Below are positions 45,638 through 57,202 of a DNA stretch of 64,000 nt, piece after piece (within the stretch, counting starts at the first letter, position 1; each line of letters starts with the position of its first letter). Both the position numbers and the translations under genes were made by a program. The stretch spans positions 1,020 through 65,019 of IMG/VR virus record IMGVR_UViG_3300031414_000022, one strand, 5' to 3'. The notes beneath the pieces were generated by a model. That model saw nothing but the letters and a program-made list of their open reading frames with translations. It did no database searches and was not told the DNA's origin. The DNA comes from a virus (taxonomy: Duplodnaviria > Caudoviricetes).

Positions 45638-48600
45638 AGTCTGAAACCGAAAAGTTTTTTATTGACTTCTTGCAGGACAACCCAGCGTGGGAAGAGTTGT
45701 TCGAGGCAATGTCTGAGGCGAACGATGCCCTCAACCTCTCAACGATTCAACAACTGCTGGACGTTCGCAAGATCAATAGTGAATCTCCTGTAGAACTTGC
45801 CGAAGAAAGCCTGCGCGAACTTGGCATCAACATCAGCCGCGATATGATGACGTATCGCATTGACACCTACCGTCGTATCTTTGACACCCTGCCAGACTAC
45901 AGTCAGGTAAGTGGTACCAAGAGCTGGCCCAAGTTTGTTAGCATGTTGCTGGGTGCTCAGTTTGAAGCTCAACGTCTGTATACTGCCGACTATCAAACGT
46001 TCCTGCCCACCCCACTTGGTGCATTGGTGCAAGACGGTGGTCAGTGGTATAGAACAACCCACGTTGACCTAGACGTTGATGCACACGTTATCGATGTAGG
46101 GCTTGACCTGACCGTTGATCAAGAAGCGCAAGCAGAAATTGTTGCAGCCCTGCAGCAGATTGGCATGACGGAAGAACAGGCACTCGACTGGCATGTTAAT
46201 CACGTAGGCTTTGATCCCGTCAACAAAGATCTGACACAGCGCACAGCACGCAACGTAATGTTGAACCGTCGCATTACCAACTTGTTCTACCAGTGGGCTC
46301 CTATTGAGGACGTCTTGCACGCGGTCAACACAACGGTCAGTCTCGCAATGCAGGTGTTCCTCACGGCACACACTGTGGTTGAGCCTGTTCGTCGCTTTTT
46401 CGTGGGCCGCCCACTGACCCAATCACTGGAGTTCATCGAGCCTGAGTACATTCACGGCGGTGAAGAGATTGTGTTTGGTGTGCTGGTACGCTACTCAGAT
46501 GGAACCGAGAAGACTGAGGAGTGTTACGTTGAGGACAACTCGAACATACAAAGTCGTAATGGCAATGCTGTTGTGTTTGCTGAGCCTAACGCTATTCTTG
46601 CTCTTGACCTAACAGTCACGTACAACGGAACGCAGCATCAGATTTCAACACGCCTGTTCCCGCTTGGCATTGAGCCGGACCCTGTTGAAATTTATGTGGC
46701 TGCTCCTATGCTGTACGGCAACAGCACTAACCGTCTGCGTGTTTACGGCAAGTACAAAGATGGAACAACGCGTGACCTCACAGGCAACAACACGCTACAG
46801 ATCGTTCCTACTCTGGGCACCCTAGACGGCACCAGCCTCATCCTGCCGAGTGTTGTTCAAGACACCACAATGGACATTCATGCGGTGTATCGTGGGCAGG
46901 CTGATATCAGTGTGACAAACACATTTGACGTGCTCAAGTCTGTGCGTCAGCTTACGCCTGTTGAATTGAGCGTGATTGTGCCCGATGTTATCACACAGGG
47001 CGTGGACGTTGAACTCCAGTGTGTCTGCACATACAACGACAAGACGTCCAAGATTGTTACGGCGCAGCTTATGTCCACCAGCCGTGATGCAAACATCGTG
47101 CAGGACGTGCTCAAGTCTAAAATCCGTCGTCAGGATTATATGACCAACATCGTTGCTCAGTTTGATGATGGTGGAACTGTACAGACCACGTCTCAGGTAC
47201 GACTCCGTGCGCCTGTTAACTTGCTGGCTGATGTTGATATCGTCATTCCACAGAACATCATGGAACGCGACAACATTGTGCCTAAAGCAATGGGACTGTT
47301 TGTGCTGGAGACTGCAACACAGCAACAGATTGCTGACCGTGACCCATCGATCGTGGTTGCGTATCAGGAACTGTCAGGACGTTGGTTCACAAGTGAAGAC
47401 CTTGCGCAAGACGTGTATGGACTGCAAAATGTTGATGCCAAAACAGGTGAGTTCCAAGCGCCTTGGATTGATTCAGGCTACCGTGACTACAGCCTGCACT
47501 TCACAGTGATTGACGGACAGATGACGCGCACGTTCAGCACAATCTTCCCTGTGCATGATACGCTTCTTGTTCCACGTCAAGTCGATATCACCAGCGGTAC
47601 GCGTGTGGCAAGCGGTGACTTTATCAGTCTGCCCACTGTGTGCCTGTGGTCTAATGGCAAGAGCTATGCAGCGGCAGCCAGCCTCACAGTTGAATACGTT
47701 CCATCGGCAAGTGCTGTTGAAGAAGCACGCCAGCGCACCATTGAACTGCAAAAGCAAGCTGTGGCTATCAATCAAGACCCAACGGTGTTTGACCCAGACA
47801 ACCCTGATTACTCGCAGTGGGTTAGTGTGGAGATTTCAAACGGTGTGGGAACGTTGTTTGACCCAGTGCTTGACCGTGAGCAACCCATTCAGATCCTGTA
47901 CTTCAAAGGTGACCTGCATGGTGTAGCTCGTGTGCATATCACATACAAGTCAGACGACGGCACTACCATCACTAACTCGCGTGACTTCCAAGTTGTGCCT
48001 GTACGTGCCTTGGTGGACAGCATCCTGATTGAAATGCCTGACGAAGTGCTTGACCAGAGTCGTACCTTTGCGAGACTGTTTGCAACGTATGCCGATGGTG
48101 TGCAGGAGTATGTTCAAGCTGCTAACTGGAGTGGCGTGTGGCCTGATCAAGACACAGACCCTTATCAGGTCCTGCGCTTTGTTCCTGGTACATACACTGG
48201 TGCGTCAATTGTTGAAGCCGTGCATGGACGTGTGCCTACTGATATCAAAGACTTCCGACAGATGCGTATCAGCAAGCTGCCGATGTTTGACGATATCGGT
48301 ACAATGGACCAGTTGGCAACAACAATGTATGATGGTGCTTTGGTGCAAGTTGGTAAGTGCAACGAACAGATCAGCGCTGCGGTGCGTGCTCGTTTCTATC
48401 GCATCGAAAACCAGATGGCTATCACAGTCGTGCCAACACCTCAGCCGAGTATCAACACAATTCTCAACAGCCGTATCGAAGGTGCTACTACCATCAGCGC
48501 TGCCGTGCGATTAGAGAGTTATGCCTTGGTCAACACGTATGAGACTGGTGGTATTGTTCGTCAGCTTGATGGGAGCTATGCGCAAGGTGAAAAGAAAACC

Positions 48601-50163
48601 TTTGACCTCGAGGTGTCTGCCGATTGGTCTATCGTCAACAGTTGGTACTTTACGAAACAGGATAGCAACATCATCCTCGAACCTACCGACGACGTGGTGG
48701 CAGAGATTGATGATAACGGCGACGTTATTCCTAGCGTCAATGCTAACTGTGCTATTCGTATACGCGCTCAGTTTATCTGCGATGGTTACGCAATAGAGAA
48801 GTTCCTCACTGTGTACATCCAGCTGGCCAACACGTATCTCCAGCAGGGATCTGTCCTGGGTCCAGAAGTGTTGTTTGACCTTGTTGATAAGAACCCAACG
48901 TTTGAGTACGCTAACGGCAGATGGTACGTGCCTTACTCGCTGCGCATCCTGTTGAAAAGCGGTGAAGAAGTCACAACAACATCAGCCTTGTGGTCGATTG
49001 GTGATGACACGGATGTGGAGAGCGTCAGCATTGACCCACTCAACGGTCACCTGTATCTTGCTGATCAACAGCGCTCCGACGGACGTATCAGAATCAACGC
49101 TGTGTTCAGTGCAGTCAACCCTGAGACTCAGGCAAGCGAGACACTCAACATTACTCGCGTTATTCAGATGCATTCGACACGCACTATCCTCACAGGCGCT
49201 ATCGAGCTACCAGCGTCCAACATTGAACCCAACAAGACCTATCAGGCTGTTGTCGAGTACGAACGTCGTGACGGTCAGACGGGTACCAGTGTTGTTCCTG
49301 ACTCAGACTCGGTTAAGTTTGTGTGGTCTGTCGTCTCAAGTGTGCCTGGCTTCCAGATCAATACACAGACCGGTGAATTTTCTTTTGTTCCGCAGAAGAA
49401 TCCTCAAACGGTCAAGATTGAATGTGTGCTGACTGAACAGCGTACCAGCCTGACAATGATCAAGGAAGTGACTTGTCCCGGCATTGGATTCCCGCAAGAC
49501 CTGGCCATCATTGGATTCACCAACGTCCGTGATGATAGCTCAATGCAGATGAAGACCAGCTTGGGTCGTACGGGTACGTTTGTGAAAGACGATGTTACTG
49601 CCAAGACATTGTGGCAGACGACAAACGTCAAGGGTGATGTTGTTACCTTGCCTGGTATCTCTATCAATGCCCAGACAGGTATGCTGACCATCAACCAGTT
49701 ACTGTCAGATGTGGACTTTGGTGTGCGTGCAACGTATATCGAGAACAACGTGAGACTTACTCAAGTCCACTATATGCGTGCATTCTCATCCTACCCACGT
49801 TACGGCACAGCACAGTTTGGTGTTAACACTATCGCCAGTCTGGAGGCAAGCATTAACAACCGTATGCGTAGTTCGACAGGCGGAACGTTTGTACTCACTC
49901 CTAAAACAGATGAGTATGGATATTTTGCTGCGCGTGCTGACTACGGACGTGCTGTGTTTGCTGCTGGTGCAGATGCACAAGGCAACGTTAACCCTGATTG
50001 GAATGGGTTTGATGCAGCCAAGTGGCCAGTGACGGGCGATGACGGTCAACGTGGTCCTCTTGTGTTGAGAAAAGTCTATGACAATCTCACGGAGAACATC
50101 AACGTTTACCGTACCAACGCTCGTGCGTTCGGAAGTGCTGTGATTACAGTGCGTTATAACTAA
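45634..50163 (+). CDS. large baseplate wedge protein (gp7/I-like N-terminus plus Ig-like repeats)
   Basis: L.ELGI.I...Y...SGT N-terminus, repeated Ig-like segments, C-terminal module shared with ORF 4..1377. Confidence 0.65.
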   Translation: MKSETEKFFIDFLQDNPAWEELFEAMSEANDALNLSTIQQLLDVRKINSESPVELAEESLRELGINISRDMMTYRIDTYRRIFDTLPDYSQVSGTKSWPKFVSMLLGAQFEAQRLYTADYQTFLPTPLGALVQDGGQWYRTTHVDLDVDAHVIDVGLDLTVDQEAQAEIVAALQQIGMTEEQALDWHVNHVGFDPVNKDLTQRTARNVMLNRRITNLFYQWAPIEDVLHAVNTTVSLAMQVFLTAHTVVEPVRRFFVGRPLTQSLEFIEPEYIHGGEEIVFGVLVRYSDGTEKTEECYVEDNSNIQSRNGNAVVFAEPNAILALDLTVTYNGTQHQISTRLFPLGIEPDPVEIYVAAPMLYGNSTNRLRVYGKYKDGTTRDLTGNNTLQIVPTLGTLDGTSLILPSVVQDTTMDIHAVYRGQADISVTNTFDVLKSVRQLTPVELSVIVPDVITQGVDVELQCVCTYNDKTSKIVTAQLMSTSRDANIVQDVLKSKIRRQDYMTNIVAQFDDGGTVQTTSQVRLRAPVNLLADVDIVIPQNIMERDNIVPKAMGLFVLETATQQQIADRDPSIVVAYQELSGRWFTSEDLAQDVYGLQNVDAKTGEFQAPWIDSGYRDYSLHFTVIDGQMTRTFSTIFPVHDTLLVPRQVDITSGTRVASGDFISLPTVCLWSNGKSYAAAASLTVEYVPSASAVEEARQRTIELQKQAVAINQDPTVFDPDNPDYSQWVSVEISNGVGTLFDPVLDREQPIQILYFKGDLHGVARVHITYKSDDGTTITNSRDFQVVPVRALVDSILIEMPDEVLDQSRTFARLFATYADGVQEYVQAANWSGVWPDQDTDPYQVLRFVPGTYTGASIVEAVHGRVPTDIKDFRQMRISKLPMFDDIGTMDQLATTMYDGALVQVGKCNEQISAAVRARFYRIENQMAITVVPTPQPSINTILNSRIEGATTISAAVRLESYALVNTYETGGIVRQLDGSYAQGEKKTFDLEVSADWSIVNSWYFTKQDSNIILEPTDDVVAEIDDNGDVIPSVNANCAIRIRAQFICDGYAIEKFLTVYIQLANTYLQQGSVLGPEVLFDLVDKNPTFEYANGRWYVPYSLRILLKSGEEVTTTSALWSIGDDTDVESVSIDPLNGHLYLADQQRSDGRIRINAVFSAVNPETQASETLNITRVIQMHSTRTILTGAIELPASNIEPNKTYQAVVEYERRDGQTGTSVVPDSDSVKFVWSVVSSVPGFQINTQTGEFSFVPQKNPQTVKIECVLTEQRTSLTMIKEVTCPGIGFPQDLAIIGFTNVRDDSSMQMKTSLGRTGTFVKDDVTAKTLWQTTNVKGDVVTLPGISINAQTGMLTINQLLSDVDFGVRATYIENNVRLTQVHYMRAFSSYPRYGTAQFGVNTIASLEASINNRMRSSTGGTFVLTPKTDEYGYFAARADYGRAVFAAGADAQGNVNPDWNGFDAAKWPVTGDDGQRGPLVLRKVYDNLTENINVYRTNARAFGSAVITVRYN

Positions 50164-50167
50164 ATAA

Positions 50168-50205
50168 AAGGGCCTTGGGAGCTAACGTTCCTTAGGCCCT
50201 TTTTT
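50168..50205 (+). terminator. intrinsic (possibly bidirectional) terminator
   Basis: AAAAGGGCCTTGGGA...TTCCTTAGGCCCTTTTTT. Confidence 0.8.
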
Positions 50206-50212
50206 GTTTCTT

Positions 50213-50231
50213 GCTAATTTCTAAGCGTTAA
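50213..50231 (+). promoter_or_regulatory. GCTAATTTCTAAGCGTTAA, putative phage promoter
   Basis: Identical to 36824..36842; sits between a terminator and an AGGAG RBS. Confidence 0.65.
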
Positions 50232-50248
50232 TCGAACAGGAGTTTATC

Positions 50249-52576
50249 ATGGCTGCCACATCATCAATTTATGTTGATGCGCTAAGACTTACAACACAAG
50301 GTGAGCAGGCCGTTGCTGACGCGAATAGTGGTGGCCTGGCCATCCAACCAGTAGCGTTCAAGGTTGGTGACTATACAGGAACTGAGCCTAGCGATGTGCC
50401 TACGAGCTTGCTGGGCAATGAACTTGCCTCAGGCAAACTCAGCTTTGTCCAAGTGTTGACTGAGAACTCGGCGCGTTTCAACTTTGACGTAGAACTGAAA
50501 TTCAATGCAGGCGATAACCTGAAACAGATTGGTGAGATTCTGATCATGTTGAAGGACAATCGTGCATTCGGTCACGTCGTCCTCAACGAGCCAATTTTGG
50601 CCGTGCCCAACGCTGTTACTCGTATCAGCCTGTTGGTGCATATCCAGCAAGACATTCAGAAGATTCTTGCTGTTGAAATGGCAGACTTTTCATCCGTACC
50701 GAGTGTTGCAACGCTGGACAATCTGCCTGCGCTGAACGACAACATTTTCAACGCTGTGTCAGTGCTTGACCTGCACACTAACTCTGATGGTTCCAACAGT
50801 CCTGGCATGGCGTATCGCTATGGTCAAGGCGGATTCTATTGGGGTTTCAGTGAGCATGACCGCGTGTGGGGCAACAAGCTGGGTACTGCGTTTATCAATG
50901 CTAACACGTTCAATATTCCTGGCCTGAATCTCAAGTCAGGTGAGACTGTTATCATCCATGCAGTGTCTGGCCCAGGTGCTGGTGCAAGCCGTCACTTTGT
51001 CTATCAGCAAAACGGACAGCTTGTTAATCAGGGTGCTGTGATTCCTTTTATCAGTGCTCAAACAACCGTTGCTGTGTGGAAGCGTATCACCAATCCAATC
51101 GTTCCTACTGCTGGGCTGCCGTGGCCGCTTAACAGTGAAGTACCTGAGAATTGGGTACTGCAACGTGGACGTGACGAAGAACCTGTGTGGGCTCCACAAG
51201 CCACAGGCGGTAGTGCTGCAACTGCAACGCTGTTTACTGCGCCTGGCAAGATGACGTTCTCCAGCATTGTCACAACAGCCGTGCCTGAGCAGCTTATCTA
51301 TCCACTGTCAGAAGATATCGACAGTGGTACTGACCTGTTTGTTGCTCTGAGTGGTGTTCTCCAGCATCGATCTGCCTACACGGCACAGGGCTTGGAGATG
51401 CAACTCAGTGAATCGCCATCAGAAACAATGACGCTTGACCTAAGACAGTTCCGTTTGGAGCCGTCCCAGGGTCACGTTGTGCTTTTTGACGTGTATGAAA
51501 GCACGGGTGATGGTCAGACAAACGCGTTCAACATCGGACAGGCTGTTGATTCGGCTGATCATGTGTTTGCTGTTATCGGTAACACTTGGCAGCCAACCAC
51601 CAGCTACAAACTGAACTCCGGTAATGAAGTAGCATTCACCGAAGCAATCCCGAGCGGTGCTGGTATCAGTTTGTACTGCGCACGCTACGAGGAACGTCAG
51701 GGTTGGTCTACTCGTATTCGTGTGGCACAGTATCGCCATCCGTATGAGACAGATACCTTCCAGTTGCCTGTAACTCCATTGAGCAAGGCATACTGTGTGG
51801 TAAACGTTGGTGGTGTGATTGCACACACTTCACAATTCAGTGTGGTCAACGATGTGCTGCGCCTTACTGGTGCTGTTAGCGCTGACACGTTTGTTGAAGT
51901 AACCGTGTTCGAAAACGTCAAAGCTGTAGGCTCGAAAGAGAACTCCATTGACGGTGTTATCACGGACGCTATCCCAACGCCTACCGGTATCATGTTCAAG
52001 CGCCACAACATGACGCCACTGATCGTGCCTGGTGTTACGCCTGAGATTCAGTCTGGTACTGGTATTCGTCTTGAAGGTATCTGGCCCAACATCCGCCTCG
52101 TCAACACAGCGGCAGAAGCGGCAGCAACAGATCCTAAGAACGTCTACAACATCCAGATGATTGATGAAGACAGCGAAGAATTGATTATCACCCAGCGCCT
52201 TGAGTTTAAGCGTGGACTGATTATCACAGCAACCGCTGATTTCAACGTTGAACTCGGTCCAGGCTTTGCTGCCAAGAGCGGTAAAGAGCACATCGAATAC
52301 GTGCTGGGTGTCAAAACCCCAGGCTCTGCTGAACCTGCTTATGCTCGTGGACTTAAAGGCACTGGTCAGGCGGGCTTTAACGTTGTTGACGACTCAAGCA
52401 CAGAAGCTGTTGCCTATGCCAACGTATCTGCATCCCAGATGTGGGCAATGAGTATCGACAACCAGCCGCAAGGTTACATTGAGATTGTGGCTAAGGTGCG
52501 TGTTACCGATAGCCAAGTAAGCTCTTACGGTAGCAAGCTGACTGCTAACCTATGTATCAAGGTCGAGCCTAAATGA
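50249..52576 (+). CDS. tail fibre/baseplate-attachment protein
   Basis: N-terminal LTTQG..A.A.A......I....FKVGD...IGEI.I resembles tail-collar fibre anchors; repeated V.L.GV.Q...Y modules. Confidence 0.65.
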   Translation: MAATSSIYVDALRLTTQGEQAVADANSGGLAIQPVAFKVGDYTGTEPSDVPTSLLGNELASGKLSFVQVLTENSARFNFDVELKFNAGDNLKQIGEILIMLKDNRAFGHVVLNEPILAVPNAVTRISLLVHIQQDIQKILAVEMADFSSVPSVATLDNLPALNDNIFNAVSVLDLHTNSDGSNSPGMAYRYGQGGFYWGFSEHDRVWGNKLGTAFINANTFNIPGLNLKSGETVIIHAVSGPGAGASRHFVYQQNGQLVNQGAVIPFISAQTTVAVWKRITNPIVPTAGLPWPLNSEVPENWVLQRGRDEEPVWAPQATGGSAATATLFTAPGKMTFSSIVTTAVPEQLIYPLSEDIDSGTDLFVALSGVLQHRSAYTAQGLEMQLSESPSETMTLDLRQFRLEPSQGHVVLFDVYESTGDGQTNAFNIGQAVDSADHVFAVIGNTWQPTTSYKLNSGNEVAFTEAIPSGAGISLYCARYEERQGWSTRIRVAQYRHPYETDTFQLPVTPLSKAYCVVNVGGVIAHTSQFSVVNDVLRLTGAVSADTFVEVTVFENVKAVGSKENSIDGVITDAIPTPTGIMFKRHNMTPLIVPGVTPEIQSGTGIRLEGIWPNIRLVNTAAEAAATDPKNVYNIQMIDEDSEELIITQRLEFKRGLIITATADFNVELGPGFAAKSGKEHIEYVLGVKTPGSAEPAYARGLKGTGQAGFNVVDDSSTEAVAYANVSASQMWAMSIDNQPQGYIEIVAKVRVTDSQVSSYGSKLTANLCIKVEPK

Positions 52577-54006
52577 CAACGCTGAGATTATCAGACATTG
52601 AGACTGACCCGAACGATAGCGGTAAAGAGGCTGTGTCTGAGAATGGCGTAGTCGAATACGTTGCGTCAGATCTCGAAACCCTTAAGTCCATCGGCAAGAT
52701 ACGCTTTGACCAGAACATGGGCCTGCTGACATTCATCAAGAAGAATGGTGATGTGTTGCAGGTCGCTGGACTGCCAACGCTGTCTTCCTTTGGTAGTGGC
52801 AAGCCGGGCAAGCGAGGTGCTCCTGGCGCTCCCGGTCGTCCAGGTCGTGATGGCCGTGACGGCGATACAGGTACTGTTGGTTGTGCAGGCCGTCCGGGTG
52901 AGCGTGGACTCACAGGCCCTGATGGTGAAGATGGTGAAGATGGTATTCAGGGCCAGACAGGCTATGATGGCTATCAAGGTGACCCAGGCAATCCCGGACC
53001 GGTTGGACCTCCAGGCCCTACGGGACCCATTGGCCCACGTGGTAATGACGGTCCTAGCTGTATCGCTGGTCCAGTCGGTCCTACAGGTCCAGCGCCAATC
53101 ACTGTCGCAGTGGTAAGCACAGTAACACCTGGAGATAGTCGTGTGTTTGCATGGCTGTATCCTACCGCTGCCGGTACACCTGCACCTCCTCTGCCTACAA
53201 TTCAAGTGCTGTCTGCGTCGTGTTCTAACGTGAGCATGGTAGGGCAGCGCTCAGTGCAGGGCAGCGACTTGTTCAACTCTCTTGCCTATCTGCCAGTAAA
53301 CGTTCGTGGTGGTCGTGGTGGTTATAAGTACAAGTGGACAATCAGCAAGATGGAAAATATCACAATTGCTGATGACACTTCCGACACAGTTCAGATCAAG
53401 TTTGATGGACGTGTTGAGCCTGGTTCCGAGAAAGTCTTGCGCGGCACCATCACCTGTGTTGTAACAGACTTGGGCCAAACGTCAAGACCTACGGCAGTAG
53501 CATCAAGCTCAATCACATTCGTAGCACGCAACCCACAAGGTGTGCAGCGCGGTTGTATTGTGTTTGGCTCTGACGTGGATACCCTGATGGGTGTGCAGAA
53601 GGTTGAATCGATTCAAGTCGGTGACAGCTTGCTTGCGCGTACCAATCAGCCCAAACAGTTCCGTGATTGGTCAGCTCGCGCCATCACAGGACGCAATGAC
53701 TATGCAGCCGTTCGTGCCTTGCGCTATGGACAGGAAGATCACTACTTCTTGATCAATGGCCAGAAGTTTACGCATGAACATCCTATCTTGGTGAAACGTG
53801 AAGCATGGCAGTATGTGCCTGCACGTGAAATCCAGAAGGGTGATTTGGTTGTTGGTCGTAAAGGTCCTGTGCGTGTTATTCAGTGTGAGCGCCATGATGA
53901 AACTGTTTCAACCGTAGACATTGATGTTGAGCCTTATGATTGTTATTACGTTGGTGATATTCTGGTACATAATACAGATATCGTTGCGCAGGCGGAGAAA
54001 ACATAA
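52573..54006 (+). CDS. collagen-like fibre protein with C-terminal Hint (intein-like) domain
   Basis: Gly-X-Y run; then G|CIVFGS...IQVGD...FTHEHPILV...IQKGD...[10 protein letters not shown]|T. Confidence 0.85.
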   Translation: MTTLRLSDIETDPNDSGKEAVSENGVVEYVASDLETLKSIGKIRFDQNMGLLTFIKKNGDVLQVAGLPTLSSFGSGKPGKRGAPGAPGRPGRDGRDGDTGTVGCAGRPGERGLTGPDGEDGEDGIQGQTGYDGYQGDPGNPGPVGPPGPTGPIGPRGNDGPSCIAGPVGPTGPAPITVAVVSTVTPGDSRVFAWLYPTAAGTPAPPLPTIQVLSASCSNVSMVGQRSVQGSDLFNSLAYLPVNVRGGRGGYKYKWTISKMENITIADDTSDTVQIKFDGRVEPGSEKVLRGTITCVVTDLGQTSRPTAVASSSITFVARNPQGVQRGCIVFGSDVDTLMGVQKVESIQVGDSLLARTNQPKQFRDWSARAITGRNDYAAVRALRYGQEDHYFLINGQKFTHEHPILVKREAWQYVPAREIQKGDLVVGRKGPVRVIQCERHDETVSTVDIDVEPYDCYYVGDILVHNTDIVAQAEKT

Positions 54007-54635
54007 TGAGTCTCGTAAAAGTAAAAAGTAGTCAGATTAGCACTGGAAGCTCCGCCGCACAAAGTATCCTCCGCGCCCAGAACAGCAAGCTGGTTGTGTC
54101 TACCCTCGAATCGACTGCTACCGCTGAACTCACAGAGGGCAGCTATGACGAAACAAGTGGTGTGCTCAGCCTTACGTTTGCTAATGGTGAGACTGTTAAC
54201 GTCAAAGGCTTTCCAACTGCAAGCGATATCCCTGTAGGTCGTCAGGGTGGTCGTGGTGAGACAGGTGCTGACGGTAAAGATGGTCGTGATGGACGTGACG
54301 GTGCACCGGGTGAGCCTGGGTGTACGGGACCTGATGGTAACGAGGGACAGCAAGGACGTCCGGGTAAAGATGGTCGTCCAGGTCTGCCTGGTCCTGATGG
54401 CGGGCGTGGTCCTACTGGCGTGCCGGGTCCTGATGGAGGTACTGGTCCTACTGGCCCACGTGGCGGTACTGGTCCTACGGGAGCTACTGGTGCAACGGGC
54501 CCAACAGGTCCTACTGGTGCGCCGGGTCCAAGTGGTCGCTTGTCGATTATCGTCAGCGCTACTAACCCAGGCAACGTAGCAGCGGGAACCGTCTGGGTTA
54601 ACCCTAACATCGATCAGGGCTCAGTCTGGCCATAA
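54006..54635 (+). CDS. collagen-like fibre protein
   Basis: G.YDE..G.L.LTFANG.TV.V.GFPT anchor followed by >30 Gly-X-Y triplets. Confidence 0.85.
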   Translation: MSLVKVKSSQISTGSSAAQSILRAQNSKLVVSTLESTATAELTEGSYDETSGVLSLTFANGETVNVKGFPTASDIPVGRQGGRGETGADGKDGRDGRDGAPGEPGCTGPDGNEGQQGRPGKDGRPGLPGPDGGRGPTGVPGPDGGTGPTGPRGGTGPTGATGATGPTGPTGAPGPSGRLSIIVSATNPGNVAAGTVWVNPNIDQGSVWP

Positions 54636-54645
54636 GAGGTAAGAA

Positions 54646-55134
54646 ATGGTTACTAAAGTTAGTTTGAATATGCTGCGTTCTGACTCTGATGGTCAGATCT
54701 TAGCGGAGCAGCAGGGCCTTGTCGTAAGAGAACTATCCACTGACCTGTTGGATGGTGTGTTTGACAGAAACAACGGTCAACTCAGCATCAACATTCCCAA
54801 CGTTGGTAAGCTGGTCATCAACGGTCTGCCTACTATCAATGATATCGGCTACGGTCCTGCGGGTATTCCCGGTCGTGACGGTCGTGATGGTATCAATGGT
54901 CTGTTTGGTCGTGATGGTCTGCGTGGCGGTGATGGTTGTCCTGGCTCTCGTGGTACAGAGGGCGCACAAGGCAAGCAAGGTGTTATCGGCTTTCGTGGAC
55001 CTCCTGGCCCTACAGGTCAAACGGGTGCTACTGGTGCTACTGGTGCTGCGGGTAAACTGGAAGTGTACATTCAGGCTACAGACCCTGCAATTGACAATGA
55101 GGTTTCACCTGGGGCGCTCTGGATTAGAGACTAA
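54646..55134 (+). CDS. collagen-like fibre protein
   Basis: Same anchor (G.FD..NG.L.I.IP..G...I.GLPT) plus Gly-X-Y; C-terminal YIQATDP...GALW. Confidence 0.85.
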   Translation: MVTKVSLNMLRSDSDGQILAEQQGLVVRELSTDLLDGVFDRNNGQLSINIPNVGKLVINGLPTINDIGYGPAGIPGRDGRDGINGLFGRDGLRGGDGCPGSRGTEGAQGKQGVIGFRGPPGPTGQTGATGATGAAGKLEVYIQATDPAIDNEVSPGALWIRD

Positions 55135-55143
55135 GGAGTAGCT

Positions 55144-57162
55144 ATGGCACGTTTTCGTGTTAGAAACAGAGCGAACAACGCCTGGCTTGATTGCATAGAT
55201 ACTCCGATGTACGTGCGCACGAAACAAGGTGATTGGGCTCCATTGCTGCCTGAGAAGTTTAGCGTGCGTAACCTATATGGCAAGCGTTGGCACGCAATCG
55301 ACGACAGCTTTGACCCGACGTATGATGACCCTTGCCTTAATCTCGAAACAGGAGAGTGTGGCGGTGGCCCAACATCCCAGACTAAAGGCAGTGGTACGGG
55401 CGATGGCTCGCGTGGTCCCAAGTACGATCAGCTTGTTGGCTATCCTGCTGGCTATGACTTGCCTGATGCTGGACGTGTTGGCTTTGGTCTTATCAACAAC
55501 GGTGCGGCGCCTACTGGTCGTAGTATCAATCGTCCTGGTATCAAGACGTTCGAGTCCTATGACCCAGTCGGTGCTGGCTCACGCACAGGACTTGGCACAT
55601 ACGCTAACCCAAACTTGCCTTATGCCAGTGTTCATGGTCGTGGTGCAACAATAACAGAGACAGTATTCGCCATGCCCAGCGTCGAGGGATTCGTTGAACT
55701 CATGTTCGCGTCCTACCATGCTAGTGGCATGAGCGTTGACGTATACCACATGGGTGTACGTGTTGCATCAACGTGTGGCAAGGTTGGTGGTCGTAGTCGT
55801 ATCAAGTTCCAGTTTGACCCTGATGCAGATGACATGCGCATCATGATTCGTGTGCGTACTGTTGCAGGTGCTTATTGGAGTTTGCAAGTGTTCCCTCCAC
55901 GTTTGGTCGTAACATCTGACCGTGGTAATTTAGCACTTGATAGCCAGTTGAGCTATGACGTTATCAACTTCCCAGACGTTGTTCATCCGGACTACATCGG
56001 CACACCAATCTTTCCAGCGCCGTGTCATGCTAGTGTGTATCCAATTGCTGAACGTATTCAAGATGCCAACGCGTTTGAATACTATCACTACATTGGTACC
56101 GTTGCTGGCCTGATGTATCTTGACCTTACGTCATGGGAGACCTATGACTTTGTTGAGGTGTATCATTCAGGTCGTCGTATCGCAACAACGCTTGATGCCA
56201 AGACAGGTGATGACTATCTCTACTTCCTGTTTGACCCACGAGCAACACAGTGCTATGACCTTATGGTACGTGTAGTCAGCAAAGACTTCGGCTCTGCTGG
56301 CAGCTTGGCATCAAACTACTACAACCTGTATTGCCCGTCAGAGCGTGGTGCGCGTGAGTATCGCCATCCATGCGAGAGCTACACTGTTAGCAGCATGGGC
56401 CACCCCGTTACAGAAGACTGCTTTGCTCTTGGCGGTCAGACTGACTTACGTGCGGGTCTGGTGCAGGTTAATAGCGGCAGCTTTGCAACCAAGTTTGAAG
56501 TGTTTGACCAGTCAATGAACTTGTTGGACACAGAGATCTTGCCTGCAGGTGCTAGTGGTACGCTGGAGTTCTGGAAGTACCCAGAGCAAGTGCTGCGTAA
56601 CAACATCGTGGTACGTGTCACAGCTCCTATCGGATGTGATTGGCAGTATTTCGTGTACTGTCCTGTGCAGCCTCCTAAGATTGACGTTAGCGACTTCCTG
56701 GTTCCCTATCGCTGCGTTGTTATCGAAGGCGGTTCAGCCAACCCTCCATTTGCAGATGCCCTGCCTTGGTATGCTTATACGTTTACTCAAGATGGCGGTC
56801 GTACTGTCAGCGGTAGCGTGGTGAATACGCACACGGATAACGGCGGTTACATGAACTTCTGGGGTGGCTCACAAGGCTGGCTCAAGTTCAATAACAGCTT
56901 TGTCAAACCAATCAGGCAGATCACCTTCCAGTGGCGATTCGATGGCACCAACGGTAGCTGGCATGATATGTCTGTGTTCGAGCGCTATGCAGGTCGCGAT
57001 GCTGCTCAACGGGTTAACTCCAACAGAAATATGCAGACTCTGACGTTCAACACCAACATCCCTGCTGGTGAAGAAATCTGGCTGTATGCGTTTGGTTCAG
57101 GTGATCGCGGTGACTCAAACGACTTGGCATATCTCGCAGTAACAAACATCGTATTTGGTTAA
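55144..57162 (+). CDS. fibre/receptor-binding-type protein with three tandem beta-sandwich repeats
   Basis: Three repeats ending ...(M/V)RV...W/Y..(F/Y)(C/P)P. Confidence 0.55.
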   Translation: MARFRVRNRANNAWLDCIDTPMYVRTKQGDWAPLLPEKFSVRNLYGKRWHAIDDSFDPTYDDPCLNLETGECGGGPTSQTKGSGTGDGSRGPKYDQLVGYPAGYDLPDAGRVGFGLINNGAAPTGRSINRPGIKTFESYDPVGAGSRTGLGTYANPNLPYASVHGRGATITETVFAMPSVEGFVELMFASYHASGMSVDVYHMGVRVASTCGKVGGRSRIKFQFDPDADDMRIMIRVRTVAGAYWSLQVFPPRLVVTSDRGNLALDSQLSYDVINFPDVVHPDYIGTPIFPAPCHASVYPIAERIQDANAFEYYHYIGTVAGLMYLDLTSWETYDFVEVYHSGRRIATTLDAKTGDDYLYFLFDPRATQCYDLMVRVVSKDFGSAGSLASNYYNLYCPSERGAREYRHPCESYTVSSMGHPVTEDCFALGGQTDLRAGLVQVNSGSFATKFEVFDQSMNLLDTEILPAGASGTLEFWKYPEQVLRNNIVVRVTAPIGCDWQYFVYCPVQPPKIDVSDFLVPYRCVVIEGGSANPPFADALPWYAYTFTQDGGRTVSGSVVNTHTDNGGYMNFWGGSQGWLKFNNSFVKPIRQITFQWRFDGTNGSWHDMSVFERYAGRDAAQRVNSNRNMQTLTFNTNIPAGEEIWLYAFGSGDRGDSNDLAYLAVTNIVFG

Positions 57163-57180
57163 GCCTTCTTCGGGAGGCTT
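57161..57180 (+). other. UUCG stem-loop without U-tract (mRNA stabiliser/processing site?)
   Basis: AAGCCTTC-TTCG-GGAGGCTT followed by GTCC, not poly-T. Confidence 0.5.
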
Positions 57181-57202
57181 GTCCTCCCCTTAAGGAACAG
57201 CA

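Noticed and set aside
54270-54535. DNA tandem repeat/VNTR in collagen genes
   Set aside because: Periodicity is at protein level (Gly codons) with diverged nucleotides.
57161-57180. Intrinsic terminator
   Set aside because: The hairpin has no U-tract; kept only as a stem-loop.
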